Part shown: one piece after another, positions 1 to 9,300 of the stretch | Layout: the number at the start of each line of letters is the position of its first letter | How positions within the stretch are numbered: the first letter of the stretch is position 1 | Assembly (NCBI GenBank): GCA_963728205.1 | Contig: CAVSIV010000006.1 | Span: 960,001 to 1,024,000, forward strand | Direction of reading: 5' to 3' | DNA length: 64,000 bases | Source: an uncultured Chloroflexia bacterium | Lineage (GTDB): Bacteria; Chloroflexota; Dehalococcoidia; UBA2979 | The notes under the pieces: model-generated | The model's input: only the letters and a program-made list of their open reading frames with translations | The model's database searches: none | What the model was told of the DNA's origin: nothing | Position numbers and translations under genes: made by a program

Positions 1-153
1 CACCGCGAGCCACGGGAGCACGCGGCGGCCGATGCGGAGCTCGTCGCGAAACGCGTCTGCCGCCACGACGATGGCGGCGGTGAGCGCGAGAATGATCTCC
101 GGCAGGAGCAGCTCGTACTGGAAGTTCAGCGAGTTGCCCAGGGCGTCCGTCAC
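1..153 (-). CDS. nuoN: NADH-quinone oxidoreductase subunit N, 5' end (runs off window)
   Basis: GTG start with GAGGAG RBS; MTDALGNSLNFQYELLLPEIILALTAAIVVAAD has the NuoN N-terminal LLPE motif; follows nuoM. Confidence 0.85.
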   Translation of the reverse strand, partial: MTDALGNSLNFQYELLLPEIILALTAAIVVAADAFRDELRIGRRVLPWLAV

Positions 154-202
154 CGCGCGTCTCCTCTGATCTGTGCCGTCATCGCGCCTCGCTCGCCTGC
201 AC

Positions 203-1693
203 CTACAGGTGGATGCCGGGGATCGACTGGATGATGGTCGGCGAGATGCGATCGATCCACAGCGCCGGCCACAGGCCGAGCAGCAGGATGGTGCCGGCGA
301 GCACGGTGGCCCCGGCGCGCTCCGTCCACGTGATCTCGGACAGCCCGCTCCAGTTCGGGTTCAACTCCCCGAAGAACGCGGTCGAGAACATGCGCAGCAG
401 GTAGGTCGCCGTGATGGCAGCCGTCATCACCGCCAGTCCGCCGACCACCGGGTACGCGCGGAACGCTCCGATGAAGATGTGGAGCTCGGCAACGAACCCA
501 GACAGTCCGGGCAACCCGAGCGACGCCAGTCCCGCGAGCACGAAGAAGATCGCCCAGATCGGCATTTGCCGCGCCATGCCCGAGAAGTGCGGGATCTCGC
601 GGTCATGCGACTGGTCGTACATGCCACCGATCAGCAGGAAGAAGAGGGCCGTCATCACCCCGTGCGCGAACATCTGCAGCACGGCGCCGTTCCACCCGAT
701 CACGTTCAGCGTGCCGAGTCCCAGGAACACGTATCCCATGTGCGAGACGGACGAGAAGCCGGTCATCAGCTTGAGGTCCGTCTGCCGCAGCGCCGAGATC
801 GCACCGTAGAGCGCCGCCGTCACGCCGACGAAGATCAGGCCGGGCGCCCAGAACGCCGCACCCTGCGGCATCATCTGGAACCCCAGCCGGATGATGCCGA
901 AGGCGCCGAGCTTCATCAGTACGCCTGCATGCAGCATCGACACCGCGGTCGGGGCCGCCGCGTGGCCGTCCGGCGACCACGAGTGGAACGGGAACATGCC
1001 GCCCAGCGTGCCGCACCCCACGGCGATGAACGGGAAGAAGATCTTCTGGAACGTGGGATCGAAGTGCGCGCCGAAGTAGCGCGTCATGTCGAACGTCCCG
1101 GCGCCGAGCTGCGTGAACATCGCGAAGATCGCCGTGAAGATGAGGATGGAGCCGGCGACCAGCATCATCATCAGCTTCATCGCGCCGTACTCCTTGCGGG
1201 TGGACCCCCACACCGCGATCAGGAGGTACATCGGCAGCAGCGCCGTCTCGTAGAGGAAGAACCAGAAGAAGAGGTCGAGCATCACGAAGGTGCCGTACAC
1301 GCCGGCGACCAGGATGTAGAGGAGGATGAAGAAGTCTTTCATCCGGTCCTGGATCTTCCAGGACACCCACGTCCCCGCGAGGATCACGATGCCGGTGAGC
1401 AGCACCATGATCGCCGAGATGCCGTCCACGCCGACCTTCAGCTGCATGCCCTTCGGGCCGAGCAGGCCGACGTTCTCCATCCACGTGAAGGCCAGCACGC
1501 CCTGGAACTGCTCGCCGTGGAACGAGTACTTCGCGAAGACGTAGACCGAGAGCGCGAACATGGCGAGGCTCGCGAGCGCCGTGATCCCGATGATCGCGGC
1601 GCGCTCGCGCGACGGCGTGACCATCAGCAGCAGCCCCGTCGCCAGCGGGATGAGGAAGAGCGCTATCAGGACGTAGCCGTCGGACTGGGTCAT
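203..1693 (-). CDS. nuoM: NADH-quinone oxidoreductase subunit M
   Basis: 496-aa polytopic membrane protein; FPFHSWSPDGHAAAPT, MKLGAFG and SSVSHMG motifs. Confidence 0.95.
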   Translation of the reverse strand: MTQSDGYVLIALFLIPLATGLLLMVTPSRERAAIIGITALASLAMFALSVYVFAKYSFHGEQFQGVLAFTWMENVGLLGPKGMQLKVGVDGISAIMVLLTGIVILAGTWVSWKIQDRMKDFFILLYILVAGVYGTFVMLDLFFWFFLYETALLPMYLLIAVWGSTRKEYGAMKLMMMLVAGSILIFTAIFAMFTQLGAGTFDMTRYFGAHFDPTFQKIFFPFIAVGCGTLGGMFPFHSWSPDGHAAAPTAVSMLHAGVLMKLGAFGIIRLGFQMMPQGAAFWAPGLIFVGVTAALYGAISALRQTDLKLMTGFSSVSHMGYVFLGLGTLNVIGWNGAVLQMFAHGVMTALFFLLIGGMYDQSHDREIPHFSGMARQMPIWAIFFVLAGLASLGLPGLSGFVAELHIFIGAFRAYPVVGGLAVMTAAITATYLLRMFSTAFFGELNPNWSGLSEITWTERAGATVLAGTILLLGLWPALWIDRISPTIIQSIPGIHL

Positions 1694-1714
1694 CGCTCCC
1701 TCTCGTCGCTCTCG

Positions 1715-3622
1715 TTACACCCGGCTGAAGGCAAGCAGGACCAGCGCGGTCATGCCCACCCCCATCGCAAGCGCGTAGTTCGGGATGCGTCCCGTCTGTA
1801 GGAACTTCAACCGGTAGCCGAAGTACCCGAGCGTCTGCGCACCGCCGTCGACGCCGGTCTCGTTCACCACGTGCTTGTCGAACCACGCCACCACCGCGGC
1901 CAGGCCGAGCACGACGCGGTTGATCAGCGACTGGTACAGGTCGTCCATGTAGTACCGCCGCACCAGCAGCTGGTACAGCTCCGGCGCCCACTGCCGCGCC
2001 CGCACTGCCCGCTCGCCGGTGCCCCACCAGTACGCGAAGGCAATGCCGATCGACGCGAGCGCCACCGTCGTCGCCGCACCCGCGAGCACCCAGTCGAGAT
2101 GGAACGCCTCGGGCGCCTCGAGGAACACCAGCTGTCCGATACCGCCGGCGAAGCCCAGCGCCCGCCCCACCTGGTCGATGGCGAAGAAGCCGGCCACCGT
2201 CGACAGCGTCGCGAGCAGGATCAGCGGCCCCGTCATCACCGGCGGCGACTCGTGCGCGTGCTCGTACGCGTGCTGGTTCTTCGGCTGGCCCCAGAACGTG
2301 AGCAGGATCAGGCGCGTCGTGTAGAGCGCCGTCAGCGCCGCGGCGAACGCCAGCAGGATGTACACCACCAGCGGACCGCCGTGCAGCGTGGCGTTGAGAA
2401 TCTCGTCCTTCGACCAGAACCCCGCGAAGATCGGCACCCCGGACAGCGCCAGTCCCGCGATGACGAAGGTCGTGGTCGTGATCGGCAGCTTCTTCCGCAG
2501 CCCGCCGAGCTGGTCCACGGTCTGGTGCTCCGTCGCGTGGATCACCGAACCTGAGCCGAGGAACAGCAGCGACTTGAAGAACGCGTGCGCGAGGAGGTGG
2601 AACATCGCTGCCCCTACCGCCCCGACGCCCAGCGCGACGAACATGAATCCCAGCTGCGACACGGTCGAATACGCCAGCACGCGCTTGATGTCGGCCTCGA
2701 CGACCGCCATCGACGCCGCGAGCAGCGCGGTAATGAGACCGATGTACATGACGACGTCGCGCGCGACCAGCGCGTGCGCGTAGGCCGGCGAGAAGCGCGC
2801 GACCAGGTACACGCCGGCGACCACCATCGTCGCGGCATGGATCAGGGCGCTGACCGGCGTCGGGCCTTCCATCGCGTCGGGCAGCCACACGTGCAGCGGG
2901 AACTGCGCCGACTTGCCGGCAGCGCCGGCGAACAGGAACAACAACGACACCGTGAGATACGTCTGCCCGACCGCGCCGCTCTCGACGGCGTGGAGGATCT
3001 GCTGGATGTCGAACGTCCCCGTCGCGCGCCACAGCAGGATGATGCCGATCAGGAGGCCGACGTCGCCGATGCGGGTCGTAATGAACGCCTTCTTCGCGGC
3101 CTCGGCCGCGGATTGGCGCTCCCAGTAGAAGCCGATCAGCAGGTAGGACGCGATGCCCACGCCCTCCCACGCGAGGTAGAGCTGAATGAGGTTGCCGGCG
3201 ATCACCAGGGTGAGCATCGCCGCCGTGAAGAAGGCCAGCATCGAGAAGTACCAGCCGTACCGCGGCTCACCGTGCATGTAGCCGACGGAGTAGATCATCA
3301 CCATCAGCGCCACGATCGAGACGACGGAGATCATGACCATCGTGATCGCGTCGACGTAGGTGCTGAACTGGATCGTGAAGAAGTTCGTGCCGATCGTGAT
3401 CCAGTCGAACGAGAAGACGTTGTTCCCGTTCGGGCTGAAGTGGCCGCCCGCGAACGAGCGCTGGAAGTCGATCAGCACGATCGCCGCGATGACGACGACC
3501 GCGAGCATGCCGAGGATCGCCAGCCAGTCACCCCGCCGCGGGATCATGCGGTTGAAGAGCGCGACCACGACGAAGACGGCGGCCAGGATCGCCGGGAGCA
3601 ACCAGACCTGCTCCATGCCCAT
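1715..3622 (-). CDS. nuoL: NADH-quinone oxidoreductase subunit L
   Basis: GKSAQFPLHVWLPDAMEGPTPVSALIHAATMVVAGVYL; GFWSKDEIL. Confidence 0.97.
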   Translation of the reverse strand: MGMEQVWLLPAILAAVFVVVALFNRMIPRRGDWLAILGMLAVVVIAAIVLIDFQRSFAGGHFSPNGNNVFSFDWITIGTNFFTIQFSTYVDAITMVMISVVSIVALMVMIYSVGYMHGEPRYGWYFSMLAFFTAAMLTLVIAGNLIQLYLAWEGVGIASYLLIGFYWERQSAAEAAKKAFITTRIGDVGLLIGIILLWRATGTFDIQQILHAVESGAVGQTYLTVSLLFLFAGAAGKSAQFPLHVWLPDAMEGPTPVSALIHAATMVVAGVYLVARFSPAYAHALVARDVVMYIGLITALLAASMAVVEADIKRVLAYSTVSQLGFMFVALGVGAVGAAMFHLLAHAFFKSLLFLGSGSVIHATEHQTVDQLGGLRKKLPITTTTFVIAGLALSGVPIFAGFWSKDEILNATLHGGPLVVYILLAFAAALTALYTTRLILLTFWGQPKNQHAYEHAHESPPVMTGPLILLATLSTVAGFFAIDQVGRALGFAGGIGQLVFLEAPEAFHLDWVLAGAATTVALASIGIAFAYWWGTGERAVRARQWAPELYQLLVRRYYMDDLYQSLINRVVLGLAAVVAWFDKHVVNETGVDGGAQTLGYFGYRLKFLQTGRIPNYALAMGVGMTALVLLAFSRV

Positions 3623-3762
3623 GTGGCCGCTCCCCTTCGCCTTCCGCCCGACGACCCGCCGCGCGGTCGCCCCGTTCGCACCGGTGCGGCCGGCAATGCC
3701 GGCCGCGTATCCCGCCTGCTAGCTCACACGCGCCGCGGCGTGAACGCCGCGCGCCGGTCGAC

Positions 3763-4071
3763 TTACCACTTGAGCTCGTCGACCTCGTCGACGTTCACGG
3801 TCCGCCGCTCGCGGAAGATCCGCAGCACGATGCCGAGCGCCAGGCCGACCTCTGCCGCGGCAACGGTGATCACGAACAGCGCGAAGATCGCGCCGCTGAA
3901 CCCCTTCGGGTCGAGATACGTCGCGAACGTGACGAAGTTGATGGAGGCGCCGGCGAGCATCAACTCGACGGCGATGAGGATGAGGATGGCGCTGCGGCGC
4001 GCGAGCACGCCGTAGAAGCCGATCGCGAACAGCACCGCGGAGAGCAGCAGGAAGTCCTGCATCGGGATCAT
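3763..4071 (-). CDS. nuoK: NADH-quinone oxidoreductase subunit K
   Basis: 102 aa MIPMQDFLLLS...AVELML...VAAAEVGLALGI; start overlaps nuoJ stop (TGATG). Confidence 0.95.
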   Translation of the reverse strand: MIPMQDFLLLSAVLFAIGFYGVLARRSAILILIAVELMLAGASINFVTFATYLDPKGFSGAIFALFVITVAAAEVGLALGIVLRIFRERRTVNVDEVDELKW

Positions 4072-4694
4072 CAGCGCGCCCCTTCGCCCTGCGCCGGCTG
4101 GCCCGTCGGCACCATCTCGTCCTCGTCGCGCGCGCGCCGCGCGTTGACGAAGGCGCCGGTCAGCGCGATGTCGAGCAGCACGGCCACGAGGATGATCGGC
4201 ACGAGGAAGTCCCGGAAGAGACGCGTCCCGAAGGCCTGGAACGCGACGATGTTCGCGACGTGGCTGCCCCACGTTGCGTCGAGCACGCCGGCGACGAAGA
4301 CGCCCCCGATGAGCAGCGCGATCCCGAACGCGAACGGCTTCTGCGAGCCGTCGGTGACGACCGGGTCGTCCTGGGCGTTGGTGAGCATGAGACCGAAGAG
4401 GAGCAGGATCACGACCCCGCCGCCGTAGACGAGCACCTGCACCAGCGCGATGAACTCGTTCGCGAGGAGCAGATAGATGCCGGCCACGCCGAGCAGCGTG
4501 GCGACGAGCGCGAGCGCCGCGTGCACGAGGTTGCGCATCGAGACGGCCGCGACGGCGCCGAGCACCACGACGGCCGCGTCCATCCAGAACACGAGCTCGG
4601 CAGCGGAGATGCGGCTCGCCAGGAGCAGCACCACCAGCACCGCAACGATCGGCAGGCCGACCAGCGCGGCAATCACCGTGCCCTGGACGATCAC
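4071..4694 (-). CDS. nuoJ: NADH-quinone oxidoreductase subunit J
   Basis: RNLVHAAL...AEF-like NEFIALVQVLVYGGGVVILLLFGLMLT; GTG start approximate; extra N-terminal hydrophobic helix. Confidence 0.9.
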   Translation of the reverse strand: MIVQGTVIAALVGLPIVAVLVVLLLASRISAAELVFWMDAAVVVLGAVAAVSMRNLVHAALALVATLLGVAGIYLLLANEFIALVQVLVYGGGVVILLLFGLMLTNAQDDPVVTDGSQKPFAFGIALLIGGVFVAGVLDATWGSHVANIVAFQAFGTRLFRDFLVPIILVAVLLDIALTGAFVNARRARDEDEMVPTGQPAQGEGAR

Positions 4695-4849
4695 GCGGTC
4701 GAACTGCGACGGGAGCGGAAGTCGGTCGAGCAAGCGGTCCCTCTGTCCCCCCGGTGACCGGTTCCCCCGCGGGAGCCCGGCTCGTCCTCGTCCGGCGCTA
4801 GTCTGACCGGCTGCGCGCAGTGCGCAACCCCCGGCCACCCTCTCGCGCG

Positions 4850-5320
4850 CTAGTCCGCGACCCATTCCTTGATGTCGCCCGCGCGACTCTGCGATAGCAG
4901 CTGCTGCAGGTCGAACACGAGATCCGTGCGGTCGTACACCGAGAGCTCGTGCCCCTGCCACGTGTTGTTCATCGCAATCGCGTCGAAATTGCACACCTCG
5001 ACGCAGACGTTGCAGCGCATGCAGCGCGCGTAATCGATCCAGAACTTGTCGATGATCTTGCGGCGGCTCGAGGTCCCGCCCATCGACTTGTGGTTGGGGT
5101 TGTCCTTCATCAGGACGGTCATGCACTCCACCGGGCAGGCGCGCTCGCAGGCGTGGCAGCCCGTGCAGAACGGCTCGTCGATGCCGTGGTCCCAGAGCAG
5201 CAACGGGAACGCGCGGTCGCGTTCCGGCAGTGCGCGGTGTCGCTCCGGGTATTCACGGGTGACCGGTCGACGCGCAAACGTCGACAGGGTCGTGAGCATG
5301 CTCTTCGCGATCCCTCTCAC
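4850..5320 (-). CDS. nuoI: NADH-quinone oxidoreductase subunit I (2x[4Fe-4S])
   Basis: CTGCHACERACP and CMRCNVCVEVCN motifs; VTREYP; GTG start overlaps nuoH stop. Confidence 0.93.
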   Translation of the reverse strand: MRGIAKSMLTTLSTFARRPVTREYPERHRALPERDRAFPLLLWDHGIDEPFCTGCHACERACPVECMTVLMKDNPNHKSMGGTSSRRKIIDKFWIDYARCMRCNVCVEVCNFDAIAMNNTWQGHELSVYDRTDLVFDLQQLLSQSRAGDIKEWVAD

Positions 5321-6438
5321 GGGGCAGCCTCGCTTCCTGCCAGCACCGCCGCCGGGCGGGAGCGCGGGCGGCGCACGGACAGGTCGGTCACACGGAACAG
5401 CACAGCGAGCCCGATCAGCCCGGTGATGAGCAGCAGGATGTCCGGCCACCCGTACACGAGCACCGCGCCGTTCACGAGGACCTGCGCCAGCATCAGCGGC
5501 AGCAGCACCTTCCACGAGAACGCCATCAACTGGTCGATGCGCAGGCGCGGCACCGACGCGCGGACCCAGAAGACCAGGAAGATCAGGCCGCCCGTCTTCG
5601 CGCTGATCAGGATCAGCTGCCACCACCGGCCGACGCGCTCGCCCAGCGGCCACGCATAGCCACCGAGAAACACCGACGCGCCGATCAGGCACAGGATGAA
5701 CAGGGCCGCGTACTCGGCGAGGAAGAACATCGACCACCGGATGCCCGAGTACTCGATGAACGGTCCGCCCACGACCTCCGACTCGCCGACCGGGATGTCG
5801 AAGGGCGGACGGTTCAACTCCGCGAGCGCCGCGATGATGAAAATCAGGAACGCCATCGGCTCCCAGACCACGAACGGCACGCGGCCCTGCGCCAGCACGA
5901 TGGTGTTGAGGTTCAGCGAGTTCGCGACCATCGCCACGGCCAGCAGCGACAGCACGAGCGGCAGCTCGTACGAGATGCCCTGGGCGGCGGCGCGCATGCC
6001 GCCGATCATCGCGTAGCGGTTGTCGGAGCCCCAGCCCGCCATCACCCAGCCCACGATGTTCACGGATGACACCGCGAGGAAGTAGAGCAGCCCGAGGTCA
6101 AGCAGCCGGATGTGCCAGCCGACCATGTACGGCAGGACGATGAAGCCGAGGAAGATCGGCACGAACACCGCGAACGGCGCCAGCTCGAACGACCAGGGGT
6201 CGGCGGAGTCCGGTCGCAGGTCTTCCTTGCCGACGAGCTTCAGCGCGTCGGCCAGCGACTGCAGCATGCCGAGCGGGCCTGTGCGCGTCGGACCGAGTCG
6301 CATCTGGAAGCGCGCGAGGATCTTGCGCTCGAGGTAGATCAGCGCCATCACCGTCACGGTCATGAACCCGACGGTGAGCGCCACGCGGATGAGGCCGTCC
6401 CACCACGCGTTGCTGAGCCCGAAGATGCCGCTCGTCAT
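5317..6438 (-). CDS. nuoH: NADH-quinone oxidoreductase subunit H
   Basis: ERKILARFQMRLGPTRTGP, AELNRPPFDIPVGESE, PRLRIDQLM; ATGA overlap with nuoD. Confidence 0.96.
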   Translation of the reverse strand: MTSGIFGLSNAWWDGLIRVALTVGFMTVTVMALIYLERKILARFQMRLGPTRTGPLGMLQSLADALKLVGKEDLRPDSADPWSFELAPFAVFVPIFLGFIVLPYMVGWHIRLLDLGLLYFLAVSSVNIVGWVMAGWGSDNRYAMIGGMRAAAQGISYELPLVLSLLAVAMVANSLNLNTIVLAQGRVPFVVWEPMAFLIFIIAALAELNRPPFDIPVGESEVVGGPFIEYSGIRWSMFFLAEYAALFILCLIGASVFLGGYAWPLGERVGRWWQLILISAKTGGLIFLVFWVRASVPRLRIDQLMAFSWKVLLPLMLAQVLVNGAVLVYGWPDILLLITGLIGLAVLFRVTDLSVRRPRSRPAAVLAGSEAAP

Positions 6439-7565
6439 CGGTCGCACTCCCCGAGCACGATGTCCAGGGAGCCGAGGATGATGACCGCGTCGGCCACGTA
6501 TTGGCCCACCGTCATGTCCCGCAGCGCCTGCAGGTTGGAGAGGCACGCCGACCGGATCTTCAGCCGGTACGGCCGGTTGCCACCCTTGCTCACCAGGTAG
6601 ATGCCGTACTCGCCCCGCGGCGCCTCGGTGCGGATGTACACCTCGCCCGGCGGCGTGCGCAGCATGCGCGGCATCTTCTCGGGCTGAATCAGCCCGGGCT
6701 CCAGCCGCTCGAGGCACTGCTCGACGATGCGGATCGACTGCCGTATCTCCTCGACGCGGATGATGAAGCGGTCGTACACGTCGCCGTTCGACCCGACCGG
6801 GACCTCGAAGTCGACCTGGTCGTAGTAGAGGTACGGCTCGGTCTTGCGCACGTCGAGCGGGATCCCCGAGGCGCGCAGCGCCGGTCCGCTCATGCCGAAG
6901 TCGATCGCGTCCTCGACCGCTATCGTGCCGATGCCCTTCGTGCGGGCGATGAACACCTCGTTCTCGGTGAGCAGGCCGTCGATGTCCTTGACGCCCTGCT
7001 TCACCTGCGCGAGCACCTCGCGCACGCGGGCCACGAAGTTGTCCGTGACCTCCCAGGCCAGGCCGCCCGGCCGGAAGTACGCGTACATCATGCGGTCGCC
7101 GGCGATCTCCTCGAAGAGGTCCTGCACGGTCTCGCGCTGGATGAACGAATAGGTGAACGCGGTGCCGAACACGCCGACGTCCGTGCCGAAGGCGCCGGTG
7201 AACATGAAGTGGCTCGAGATGCGGTTCAGCTCGCACAGGATCATGCGGATCCACTGCGCGCGCTCCGGGACCTCGATCTCCATGAGCTTCTCGACGGCCA
7301 TCACGTAGGACAGCTCGGCGTTGAAGTTCGCCAGGTATTCGGTGCGGTCCATGAACCCGAGGCCCTGCCGGAAGTCCATCGTCTCGCAGAGCTTCTCGGC
7401 GCCGCGATGCAGGTAGCCGATGTACGGCACGACCTCGCGCACCACCTCGCTGTCGACGGTCAGCACCATGCGGAACACGCCGTGGGTCGACGGGTGTTGG
7501 GGCCCCATGTTGATCATGAGGTCCTGGGTCTCGAACTCCTGCTCGTGGATCTGCGGTGCGACCAC
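6435..7565 (-). CDS. nuoD: NADH-quinone oxidoreductase subunit D
   Basis: NMGPQHPSTHGVFR, GYLHRGAEK, C-terminal GSLDIVLGECDR; no NiFe CxxC motifs. Confidence 0.96.
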   Translation of the reverse strand: MVAPQIHEQEFETQDLMINMGPQHPSTHGVFRMVLTVDSEVVREVVPYIGYLHRGAEKLCETMDFRQGLGFMDRTEYLANFNAELSYVMAVEKLMEIEVPERAQWIRMILCELNRISSHFMFTGAFGTDVGVFGTAFTYSFIQRETVQDLFEEIAGDRMMYAYFRPGGLAWEVTDNFVARVREVLAQVKQGVKDIDGLLTENEVFIARTKGIGTIAVEDAIDFGMSGPALRASGIPLDVRKTEPYLYYDQVDFEVPVGSNGDVYDRFIIRVEEIRQSIRIVEQCLERLEPGLIQPEKMPRMLRTPPGEVYIRTEAPRGEYGIYLVSKGGNRPYRLKIRSACLSNLQALRDMTVGQYVADAVIILGSLDIVLGECDR

Positions 7566-8098
7566 TATTCCCCCGCCTCGGTGTAGCCCATGCCCTCGCC
7601 CTGCAGGACCTCGATCTCCGCGAGCGGATGGTCCTTGCGCAGCGGGAACGTGTCGGTCATGTCCTCCGGCATGAGGAGATTGCGCGGGTCCGGGTGCCCC
7701 TCGAAGCGCACGCCGAACATCTCCATCACCTCGCGCTCGAGCCAGTTCGCGGCGCGCCAGACCACGGTCGCCGTGTCCACCGTGAGGTCGTCGTTCGGCA
7801 GCGTCGTCTTCACCGTGAGGTTGTGGTTCGTCGTCGTCGAGTACAGGTGGTACACGACGTCGATGCCATCTTCCTCGTTGTCGACGGCGGTCAGGCAACG
7901 CAGGTAGTCGAAGCGGAGGCCGTCGGCGCCCTTCAGTCGACGCAGCGCGGCGACGACCTCGTCGCGCGGCACGTGCGCGATTAGGTCGAGCGCGCCGCGC
8001 TCGGGCGTCACGTCGACGCCGGCCAGCGCGGCGTCGACCGCGGGCCAGATCGTGTCGTCGAGCGAGGGGGCGGCTGGCTGCGAGTCTTCAGTCGTCAC
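7565..8098 (-). CDS. nuoC: NADH-quinone oxidoreductase subunit C
   Basis: [29 protein letters not shown]...FPLRKD. Confidence 0.95.
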   Translation of the reverse strand: MTTEDSQPAAPSLDDTIWPAVDAALAGVDVTPERGALDLIAHVPRDEVVAALRRLKGADGLRFDYLRCLTAVDNEEDGIDVVYHLYSTTTNHNLTVKTTLPNDDLTVDTATVVWRAANWLEREVMEMFGVRFEGHPDPRNLLMPEDMTDTFPLRKDHPLAEIEVLQGEGMGYTEAGE

Positions 8099-8736
8099 GC
8101 GCGGCCCGTGGCCTTCCGCTCCTCCATGATCATGCCCTGGAGAGCGAGGAAGGCATCGATCAGCGCTTCCGGCCGCGGCGGGCACCCGGGTACGTAGACG
8201 TCCACCGGGATCACTTTGTCGACGCCCTGCAACACGCGGTCGTACCGCGTGTACGGGCCGCCGTTCGTCGCACACGCCCCCATCGAGATCACCCACTTGG
8301 GGTTGGGCATCTGCTCGTAGAGGAGCTTCACCGCCGGCGCCATCTTCTTGGTGACGGTGCCGGCCACGATCATCACGTCGGACTGCCGCGGCGACGGCCA
8401 CGGCACGATGCCGAAGCGGTCGAGGTCGTAGTGCGACATATAGGTCGCGATCATCTCGATGGCGCAACAGGCGAGCCCGAAGGTCATCGGCCAGAGCGAC
8501 GACTTGCGCGCCGCGGCCAGCACGAGGTCGGCCGGCACCTGCATCACGCCCGGCAGGATCTGCTTGTAGAGCGCCTGGCCGGGGTGCACCTCGACCGGTG
8601 TGAGGCGCGGCGCTTCCGCCGGGTGCTCGCCCGGGATCTCGGGGACGGCCGGCTCGGCGGGCGCCGGCGGCGCGACCGGGGCGGGCGTCGTGACGGGCGC
8701 GGGTTCGGTGGTGACGTCGGTGGGCGTTATCGCCAT
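8095..8736 (-). CDS. nuoB: NADH-quinone oxidoreductase subunit B
   Basis: [30 protein letters not shown]; Pro-rich N-terminal extension. Confidence 0.96.
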   Translation of the reverse strand: MAITPTDVTTEPAPVTTPAPVAPPAPAEPAVPEIPGEHPAEAPRLTPVEVHPGQALYKQILPGVMQVPADLVLAAARKSSLWPMTFGLACCAIEMIATYMSHYDLDRFGIVPWPSPRQSDVMIVAGTVTKKMAPAVKLLYEQMPNPKWVISMGACATNGGPYTRYDRVLQGVDKVIPVDVYVPGCPPRPEALIDAFLALQGMIMEERKATGRA

Positions 8737-9107
8737 TGCAGGGCCCCCTTCTTCCAGGCGTATCCGAGGCCCGCGGCGAGAATCAGGATGAACACGACCA
8801 TCGCCCAGTACGCCATCGCGCCGATCCCCACGAAGGACAGCGCCCACGGGAAGATGAAGACGGCTTCGACGTCGAAGATGATGAAGAGGATCGCGTACAG
8901 GTAGAACCGCATCCCGATGTTCGTGCTGGCACGCCGAATCGGCAGCATGCCGCACTCGTAGGTCGTGCCCTTCTCGCGCTCCTTCGAGAACGGAGCGAGC
9001 AGCCGCGACCCGACCAGGGCCGAGATGACGAGCACGAATCCAATACAGGTAGCGATCAGGACCGGCAGGTAGTTGCTGTAGAGCTGGCTGATCTGCTGAG
9101 GTTCCAC
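8727..9107 (-). CDS. nuoA: NADH-quinone oxidoreductase subunit A
   Basis: [30 protein letters not shown]; AGGAG RBS. Confidence 0.96.
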   Translation of the reverse strand: MEPQQISQLYSNYLPVLIATCIGFVLVISALVGSRLLAPFSKEREKGTTYECGMLPIRRASTNIGMRFYLYAILFIIFDVEAVFIFPWALSFVGIGAMAYWAMVVFILILAAGLGYAWKKGALQWR

Positions 9108-9198
9108 CAGTCTCCTGCTCTCACCGCGGTGCGGTTTGGCAAGTGATCCGAGGCACGATCAGGCGTCGCGCGGGACGCGCACCGGGCAGTTCGGCCTG

Positions 9199-9227
9199 AC
9201 CGTAGCAACGGTCCATTTCAGTGTCAA
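9199..9227 (-). promoter_or_regulatory. sigma70-type promoter of nuo operon
   Basis: TTGACA-N17-TACGGT with extended -10 TG. Confidence 0.65.
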
Positions 9228-9300
9228 CGAACGGCGAATCGGCCTGAACAGTACCGCGCCGCGCGCCTACGCGAACCTGAGTGCGCGCGCGGCGCCGGCG

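Noticed and set aside
3623-3762. GC hairpins between nuoK and nuoL (also nuoI-nuoJ and 41828-41858)
   Set aside because: Not repeated elsewhere in the window and no clear U-tracts; ordinary mRNA stability or terminator elements.
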